A stretch of 64,000 nucleotides of DNA from Cirrosporium novae-zelandiae (Eukaryota), in the NCBI GenBank assembly GCA_026023565.1, contig JAPETS010000011.1, positions 186,001-250,000 on the forward strand, read 5' to 3'. This document shows, in pieces, positions 56,101-64,000 of the stretch (positions are counted from its first letter, which is position 1; each line of letters opens with the position of its first letter). Both the position numbers and the translations under genes were made by a program. Below the pieces are notes generated by a model. That model saw nothing but the letters and a program-made list of their open reading frames with translations, searched no databases and had not been told where the DNA came from.

Positions 56101-57292
56101 AATTTCCCGTATCCATAATTCAGGTGATACGTCTAAATTAATTAATTTAATATTGATCGCCGTTATTATTAATATCGTAGAACCCGAATATTTAATTTTT
56201 TTTTTATTAAAAATCAGTATTTTCTAATTTTTAATTTTTGTATTTTTATTTGCGGAATTAATACGTTTTTTTTTATAGAATTTAATTATTTATTATTTTT
56301 TATTAAATTTATTTATTATTTTATTAATTATTTTAATATAAATAAATTTTATAAATTCCGGCGTTATTTTTATAGAAATTTATTTCGGGATTTTCGGTAT
56401 TAACGGTAGAACTTTTTATTTAGTTTTTATTATTTATTAAAAAATTTTCTAGATTTTTTTATTCGTTTACGTTATTATCCGTTTATTAAATATCTATAAT
56501 CCGGTTATTATATCCGTTCGGGATATTATTTAAAAAAATATTATTTTTTTTTTTTTATTATTTATTCGGGTTTAATTATTAGAATTATATAATTTTTATT
56601 TATAAAATTTTCCGTCCCGTTATATATAATTTTTATTTATAAAATTTTCCGTCCCGTTATATATAATTTTTATAATTTTTTATCCGGATTTATAATATCT
56701 AAATTATTATTATAATTGTTTTTTTAATTATTAAAAATTTTTATTTAATTATATATAATTTTTTCTGGTTTTTTTTTTAAATTTTTATAATTTTATTATT
56801 TCGTTTTTTTAAAACGATTATTCGGATTTTTAAATCGAAAAATATTTCCCGTAATTATACCGTAAAATCGTCGATTTTTAGAATTTAATATATTCTTTTT
56901 TCGATTACGGGAAATATACGTATTATTATATATTTAGCCGTTTATTCGATTAAAATATCCCGGTTATTAATCTATTTTTTTTTTCGTAAAATTTTTCGAC
57001 GACGTTTTTTCGTCTAATTATTTTTTTTTTAGAATAGAGATCGTAATACCGAATCGCTAGATTTTATTATAAAATTTTATTTTAATTCATTCGATTCGTT
57101 TTTTAGGCGCTATCGTTTTTTTATATCCGTCTGATTCTCGCTAACAGCACGTATTTTTTCAGCCCCCGATATTTCCCCGTTGCTGCTAAATTCTATAGGT
57201 TTTAAATAAACGTTAAATATTTCGTATAACGGTCGTCACAGTAGTGAATTAATTTGGTAGCGCGGGGTCACCAAAAAACAATCTTCCCGATC
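53111..57292 (-). mobile_element. LINE family A copy A9, lacks the 3' ~1.45 kb, tandem with A8
   Basis: Starts at the position equivalent to ~48040; ends at 5' motif cgcggggtcaccaaaaaacaatcttcccg; followed by the TSD shared with A8. Internal deletions near 53155, 53820 and 55395. Confidence 0.85.
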
Positions 57293-59070
57293 TTGGCGGC
57301 CGATTACAAAAATCGGTTATAAATACGGCCCTATTATTAATTAATAATATTCAAAAAAATAAAAATAAAAAAGAATTTATTTCAATTTTATTTATCGATA
57401 TTAAAAACGTTTTTGATCACGTTTCAAAAAATTAATTATTGAAAATTTATATTGAATTAGGTTTTTCTATATTTATTTATAAATGGATTTTTTGTTTTTT
57501 ATCTAATAGAAAAATTCAATTAAAATTCAACGGCGAAAAACAGGAATTTATTCAAAATATTGAAATAAGAATTTTTTAAAAATCGGCAATTTCTTCGATT
57601 TTATTTTTATTATATATAAAATTATTATTCGACCATCCTGGATTTCAATTAAATTTGATTATTAAATTATTAAATTATATAAACGATATAGTTTTATTAA
57701 TCTCGTCTAAATCAATAAAAAATAATTACAAAATTCTAGAAAAATTAATAAAAATTCTATTCGAACAGAAGCTTAAGAACGTTATTAAATTCGATTAAAA
57801 AAAACTGAATTAATTTATTTTTTTGTTCCTAAAACCCAGCGAAAATACGGTATAAAATATACAAATTTTATAGTTATTCCAGGAAATCAAATAAAATAGT
57901 TAGGAATTTATTTTATATAGAATCTGAATTTGAAAACCTATATAAAAAATAAAATAAATATAATCTAAAAAACCTATTTTGCAATAAAACGATTGATTAA
58001 TATAAATCGAGACCTATTTTTTAATATATTAAGGCAATTATATATTGTATATATAAATTTAATTATCGATTACGGCATCCCAATCTAATAATAAAATCAA
58101 AGGAATTTATTATATTTATTCCAAAAATTACAAAATTCGGTTTTAAAATCAATTTTAAAGGTTTTTCGGATTAGCCCTAGTAAGGCTCTAAAAATTGAAT
58201 ACGTTCTACCACCCCTAAAAATTCGATTTAATAAAATTTACAAAAATTATATAATCCGAATCCTAATATTACAAAATAATTATCTAATTCGGCAGAAAAT
58301 AAATATTTATTTAAATAAAATTGTAAAACAATTCGATTATAATTCGGAAAATATGGTTTCGTCGGCGGCCGATAACCCTTATAATCCTCGATCGAACCCA
58401 AAAATTTATAACCGAGAATAGAAATTCAATTAAAAAAATTACTAAATTCAATTGGAAATATTATTTAAAATAATAAAATCGAAAAAATCGAAATATCGAA
58501 ATTATTACCGTGGGGAAAATCAAATATAATTGATTTTTTTATCGATTTAAATAATAAAATAGAAGCTACAAAAGATTATTTAGAATTAATCCAGAAATTA
58601 GAAAAATCGAAAAAAAATTCGATTTATTATATAGATAGATCGAAATTAAATAAAAATATCGGAACGGGTATTTTTTATAAAAATCGAAATTATATAAAAT
58701 TATAAAAACTAAAATAAAAAACCGAAATTTACGATATAAAATTATTTATAACTAAACAATAAATTATTATTATCATCCACACTTAAAAAATTGTATTTTT
58801 AAGAAAATACTTCGCAGAAACCTGGTTTTTGTCGGGCGGCGGCGGACGTGAGTGGGATTGGTCCGTATTGAGGCGCCCTACCTTCAGTATAAATCGAAAT
58901 CGAAATCGACCAAGAAATAGGAACAATATGTGATCTTTTAAGCAAATTAGATAGCTAACTAGATCGTTGTGCCATAGCCATCGACTGAATGCACCTAATA
59001 GAGAATTAAAAAAAAATTTTATTTGACACGGCCACGCTATCACTACCCGACATTACAGCCATCTTAGACG

Positions 59071-61546
59071 CTAGGCCTTTAATATTTCAGCAGCTCTTAT
59101 AATACCTTCAGCAGTCCTCTTCACCCATAAACTGGCTCGAGTAAGATTCCCAGATTCAACTGCTTCAGTAATCCCTGGATAAGTTACTGCATCGTAGCCT
59201 AGCAAATCCGTTAATATCAATTTTTAACTCCAATGCTAGTGACAATAGAATGGAATTAAAACCTACCAAGGTCAATTCCCGGAGCGAATATAACATGCTT
59301 GTAGTAACTCCTATCTGGCAACCCTTCTTCCGCAATAAAGCCTCTCTGGAAATCACGAAATTTATGATTAACAATGTCAACTAGCTCCAAATCTCCCGCC
59401 GAAACTGCTTCTAAAGCCTCTTTATCTACCTCTTCTGCACGTTTAGTGAATAGCTTTATTGCTGCCTGTAGTTCTGATGTATTAAGCTGTTCACCTTCAT
59501 CCGTAATAAGATCTTGAAGTTCCTCATAATACTCTTGCAACATAGCTGCGTAGTACGGAACATCGAACTGGAGTATCTCATCCTGCGCCAAGTGGTAGGT
59601 GAGGAGCGTCATATATTGGCCTATAGCTCGGTGTGTATTGAACGTGGGGTCACCAAAGGTTACCATCCAGTGATAGGAATCATAGTTGCTGTGATAGTGA
59701 TAGATAGGATCTGTCTCGCCTGAGTCTCCTCCTACGCTAATCTATTCATAACAACTGCGGTTAATGTCCAACCCCATGTGGGACCCAAGCATTGACTTAC
59801 TGATGAAATACCATTATGAAGAAAAGCGGCATAATCACTCCCGCTTCCAAGAATATCGACTTCTCCTTCTTCTCCTGAGAACCAAAAGTTGTACATTGTT
59901 TCGTTGTGAGTTTCACTTTTCCCACTGTATATGACCTTCTTTAAAATCTCGGCAACCAGTGTATGAAGCTCAGGAGTGGCACCAAGGTAGATAACAGGAC
60001 CGGAGCAAGCAACATCCACATTTAGATAGGTAACCGCGGAAGTGTTAAGCCAAGGGATATACTCTTCGACCCACTCCGTAGAGCCAACCAATCCGTACTC
60101 TTCGCAATCCCAAGAAGCAAGCACACTAGAAAGCGTGAGCGCCAATTTAACCAAAGATTATTCTTGCACCTACATTGTCCGTCTCGGATGCCATCCGGTT
60201 TCGAGCAGCTTGCCAAAAGCTTTCCCCAACTCGATCATTACCGCAGTTCCAGAATTAGGATCGGCGGCACCACCAATGACCCAAGCATCCCAGTGATTGC
60301 CCACAATGATAACCTCATCCTCATGTGTCCCGTTAATAATGCCGATGACATTGTATATTGGTCGTATTTCGTCTTTCATTTCATTAATTAACGTGATTGT
60401 TGTACCGCCTGCTGGGCCTGTACTGTAACTGACGTTAAGGCCACCGACCCAATTGGTTTGGTTTACGTGTTCCTCGGTAGATCCGAAATCATTGATAGCG
60501 GTGAGTAGTGGAAGTGCATCCATATACGAGATAGGCAGTGATGGGATACTGGGTATCACGTAAGATATATCTGTCCGAGCGGAATTCATTTTCGAAGGAT
60601 AGCCGGGAGTTGTTGGATCCCCCTGTCCAGTTGCAAAGTCCATTACTGAACCACGTTGAACTGAGCTTGGGTTTCGTGCCGGGCCATCTATACAGACCAT
60701 TTTGAATCAGTAGCTAACGATCTTCCAAAAAAACGGAGTAGCTTGCAGTAAACTTGTTCATACATGGATATGGTTCATAACCATTTGCCTCCGTGATAAT
60801 TCCATCACTTCCCGGATCTGTGTATATCACACATCCAACCATTCCATTTTCTTCAGCGTTCCTCACCTTTATTCCTCGACTTGGTCCACCATATTTTGTA
60901 AGCGCAATTCTACCTTCAAGAGATATGTTTAGCTGGATCAATCTTGTGAAGTCTTCTCTTCGTCCTTGTCTAAGAAACATGGTCAGTAGTCTCGAGAAAA
61001 TATCGATGGAATTAGCAGGAGACACTGCACAAGTGAATAGTCTGGTTCGTACCCGACATAAACATATTCAGCAGTAATATTGCCAGAAGCAGAATAACCC
61101 AAGTAAGTGGGAACCCTATTGGGATAAGATGTTGTTTCGTCTTCAGAGAGAACATCTTCCTCTAGCACTGCCTTAAAAGTGCTACCATTGGGATAGTTGA
61201 GGGACAGTTTTTGCTCGACAGGGTAGTTCAGATACACATCATACTCAGCAAGGGATGCTGAAATGCCGAATTCATTCCACTTGTTCAATGTCCATTTAGC
61301 CATGGTAGAATTTGTCCCTGCGACATGAAGGCCATGAGTATAGTAATAGGACCAGCCACTAAGCGAGTTGTTGTCGATTGAATTTATGAGAAGGGCTTCA
61401 TGTCCGGAGAGGACTGGCGGAATACTGGTAAAGGAAGCTCTTTTTTGAAACTGTTGCTTGATGTGTCTCTGCCGTGGCAACTCATCCGCTAAGTACAGGG
61501 AGGAGGTTAGAAAAAGCATATACGCATATAATATCCAGAAATTCAT
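59071..61546 (-). CDS. Glutamate carboxypeptidase II / transferrin-receptor-like M28 metallopeptidase (PA + M28 + TfR-dimer domains), 713 aa, 6 exons
   Basis: Exons 61546-61053, 60969-60764, 60687-60174, 60125-59801, 59741-59267 and 59198-59071 total 2142 nt in frame, with five GT..AG introns. Motifs: GDPTTPGYPS, GNHWDAW, GAADPNSG, SWDCEEYGLVGSTEW, YLNVD, GSGSDY, YHSNYDS, KHVIFAPG. Hydrophobic N-terminus suggests a signal peptide. Confidence 0.93.
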
Positions 61547-62763
61547 GATGACTAGATTAGAAACTCTGCAGTTTATTCAATGTTATATTGGGTTTTAGAG
61601 CATTGCTTGTTCTCGGATAGGTGCAATCATGTTGACTTTATAGCTGGGGTAAATCAATCTGCGGCTTGGCAATTAACCCCATCTTAGATTTATGGGCTGT
61701 GAAGATAGGTAAAGTAGAACTGATTGTGCCTACTATCTCGTAAATATTATTCAATTCCTGATAGCATGATGTCAAAGAAAATGGCTTCCGGTAACTTCAC
61801 TGCAGGTTGATCATGATAAACCATTTATAGCGGAGCTCTTTGAAAGCAGGGACAACGGCTAATATTACCAGAACCACCTTATCAGTAGAAATGGACGAGT
61901 TTCGCGCATCGGTGGTAGGCTCCTTCGAGTAGATAACCCGAGGAGTGTTGCCTTGGCCTTCTTGGCCTTTTGATAGACCACCGTGGCTACTAGGAGTCTG
62001 ATATTCATTCCGATGCACCTCTGTTCAAAGGTGAGCAGACTCATCCCAGAAGTACTATTCAGCTCCGTAAGAAGATGAATGTTTTATAGTGAATAAGTAT
62101 GAGACGTTGGCGGTAATCCTTAGGTAGGAAAAAGTATTATCAGAAACTTGAGGTTATTCTTACCAGAATAATCGCCTACCTAGGTAGGTAGATACAGCAA
62201 TACTATATCTATCAAAGATGTGACGTAGTATGCAGCCTAAGCACAACCCATCACAATTTTACCCCTAAACAATAACAATTAGTCTAATAACAATATCAAC
62301 AGCCACATACTAACTTAATCTACACCCCAGTCAACATCCTAACGTCCTAAACATCGACCAAGAGCTTTCCAACACTCTTCTTTTCCTTCTTCCTTATCTT
62401 TCTACAAATCCATGTAAAATCAAAAGAAGCTTTATAATTTTAATAGCTAATAAAACTCGAACATCATCGCTATTCATTATTGTATTTCCCATAAAAAAGG
62501 CGGCGGCAAGGAGAGGCGCAAACAAGTCAAGAATAGATAAAAAGTTCTCTCCTTCCATAACGAAAAGAAAATCCCGGTCCCCTCAAGCCAAGTCAATCCG
62601 ATCCAATCGCCAAACCAGAATTCCCCGAGTCCTATGGCCTTCCTTTCTCGAGACACTATGTATTCGTAAACTGGCCCTTATCCTGGTCCAGTCAACCCCA
62701 ACTCTTTACTTGCCAATGAATCAAAAAATCTCTTCTCTCGCAATTAAGCCAGTCCAATCCAAC

Positions 62764-63999
62764 TTAATCTAAACAATCAATCCCCTCCAACGCTCTCATC
62801 GCCCTCCCACCTTCATTCTCAAATCTCGCCACCATCATCTCACATTCCTGTTTTAATTTATTTTCTCCCCTCTGCGCGTTCCAATAAATCCATTCCTGCA
62901 CAGTCATTTTTTTCTCCAGGCTACTCAATCTTCCTTCTTTTAATTCTCCGACTAATTCGTCTAGATTGAAGAATTGACTAATGTTTTCTTTACCAGGACC
63001 GGAACTTGAGCGGGGAGATTGGAGGAGAACAGTTTCGAGGTCAACGGGTCGCCAGGGATGGGAAGATTGAAGACCACCAGCTATAATGTTGCGTTTTGAT
63101 GGGGAGGTTTTAGGGGTTGTTGCTAGAGGGATGCGAACGGTTTGCGGACGAGGCGGGGATATTATGGGAGGCCTGTTTTGGGTAGGTAAAGATGAAGGAG
63201 GTTGATTCTCTGCATCCGAGAGTTGGGGTGTTGGAGAAAGGGTAGCACCTTTGCCTAGTATGGGAGGGGAAGAAGGCATGGGGCTTGTTTGAGCTTCACG
63301 CTCCATGGTTGCGGCCTCAGATTCTTCATGGGATACTGGTTGTAGAACTTGTTCTAGTTCCTTAGGAAACTTTGTCTCAAGTTGAGCTTCGACCTCAATA
63401 TTCTTCTTTTTATTTGGGCGGCCCCTTTTGCCCTTGATGGATTTCTTTGACTTCTCTACTTCCTGCTCGTATTCAGGTTCCACATTGTGGGTAGGGTTAT
63501 CAAGCGCATCTAAAAGCTCGACCACTGATTCCTCTTCTGACGGGGTATCCTTGGCCACTTCAACTCTCTTGCCCTTTCCTTTAACTTTCTTGCCTCTCTT
63601 CGTCTTAGGCCCCATCTTCTTAGATATATTTTTCGCTATCGGATTAGTCGCTATACTAGCATCCGTCTCATGTCCAGAATCATCATGTGCAGTGGTTGTA
63701 GTTATCATGGAATTGTTTGGCATAAGTAAAGAGTTGTCCAATTCATTCCCTAGCTGTTCAGAGACGTCATGGTTATCATCATCCCCCATGGAAATGAAGG
63801 ACGGATAGTCCGAGGGTTGTTGAGAATTAGCTCTCTCTACCATTGGTTTAGCAAGCAACGCAGGTGACGATGCAAGAATGATCGAGGAATCCGCATTTTC
63901 CATCTCATCTGGTACTGGTGCGGGCTCAATTATATCTTCTGCAAGCGCGATCTGTTTTTTGGGGGGCTTTTTGGTCTTTCCTTTTACCCCTTTCGCCTT
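62764..63999 (-). CDS. BIR1: Chromosome segregation protein Bir1/survivin-like, C-terminal part (5' end outside the window)
   Basis: The frame stays open to the window edge. A low-complexity K/E/P/S region with AT-hook-like KRGRP is followed by EKKMTVQEWIYWNAQRGENKLKQECEMMVARFENEGGRAMRALEGI, which I recognise as the Pezizomycotina Bir1 C-terminus. BIR domains are not visible here. Confidence 0.75.
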   Translation of the reverse strand, partial: KAKGVKGKTKKPPKKQIALAEDIIEPAPVPDEMENADSSIILASSPALLAKPMVERANSQQPSDYPSFISMGDDDNHDVSEQLGNELDNSLLMPNNSMITTTTAHDDSGHETDASIATNPIAKNISKKMGPKTKRGKKVKGKGKRVEVAKDTPSEEESVVELLDALDNPTHNVEPEYEQEVEKSKKSIKGKRGRPNKKKNIEVEAQLETKFPKELEQVLQPVSHEESEAATMEREAQTSPMPSSPPILGKGATLSPTPQLSDAENQPPSSLPTQNRPPIISPPRPQTVRIPLATTPKTSPSKRNIIAGGLQSSHPWRPVDLETVLLQSPRSSSGPGKENISQFFNLDELVGELKEGRLSSLEKKMTVQEWIYWNAQRGENKLKQECEMMVARFENEGGRAMRALEGIDCLD

Positions 64000-64000
64000 T

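Larger units (their letters stand above)
29250..58776 (+). mobile_element. LINE family B host copy B2, in three pieces: ~29250-29420, 45790-46584, 57293-58776
   Basis: Pieces rejoin across TSDs CAAAT and TTGGCGGCCGATTACA. Remnant motifs: KSKNW(W) ~45810, YRIISLLNCLGK ~46460, FIDIK.(A)FDHV ~57390-57423, YI(D)DI ~57676, RNase H Y(T)D(G)S ~58628. A possible tail remnant aacaataaattattattatcat at 58755-58776. The left boundary is approximate. Confidence 0.8.

Noticed and set aside
57220..57245. Hammerhead-like TGACGA...GAAA in the LINE A 5' UTR
   Set aside because: It lacks the CUGAnGA core C and a proper stem II closing pair, and GAAA is absent in copies A5 and A6.
1..58776. Organellar DNA or an alternative genetic code suggested by AT richness
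   Set aside because: Copy comparisons show directional C>T/G>A decay of retroelements, and the block is contiguous with intron-containing nuclear genes.
59646..59657. GGGGTCACCAAA identical to the LINE A 5' motif inside the peptidase gene
   Set aside because: It encodes the conserved FGDP peptide and has no flanking similarity; coincidence.
59514..61077. Plus-strand and alternative-frame ORFs overlapping the peptidase
   Set aside because: Shadow frames of a well-supported minus-strand gene.
61797..62018. 73-aa intergenic ORF
   Set aside because: No recognisable motif or splice support; lies in the likely promoter region of the peptidase.
63428..63808. 126-aa plus-strand ORF
   Set aside because: Antisense shadow of the Bir1-like CDS.
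1..64000. CRISPR array, rRNA or DNA-transposon TIRs
   Set aside because: No regularly spaced repeat-spacer array, rRNA-like tract or transposase remnant seen; long inverted repeats are explained by opposed LINE copies.

Overview
This is filamentous-ascomycete nuclear DNA in two sharply separated compartments. Positions 1 to ~58.78 kb are an extremely AT-rich block of dead, nested retroelements degraded by a RIP-like C>T/G>A process that mostly spares CpG. The block holds nine copies or fragments of a Tad1-like LINE (family A, (CAT)n tail), two fragments of a second LINE (family B), two copies of a Ty3/Gypsy chromodomain element with ~151-bp LTRs (G1), and one Ty3/Gypsy with 253-bp LTRs (G2). 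It also holds an ~810-bp GC-richer insert with a tRNA-like Pol III head, a candidate SINE. Target-site duplications (TSDs) reconstruct nesting four levels deep (LINE B < G2 < LINE A < G1). Positions ~58.78-64 kb are ordinary euchromatin with an intact six-exon M28 glutamate carboxypeptidase II-like gene (713 aa) and the 3' part of a Bir1/survivin-like gene. The most unusual features are the tRNA-headed insert with an adjoining perfect 28-bp CACGTG palindrome, signs of RT template jumping and tail-to-target microhomology in LINE A, and systematic protection from mutation beside insertion junctions. All alignments were done by eye; family names are my own labels, not database hits.
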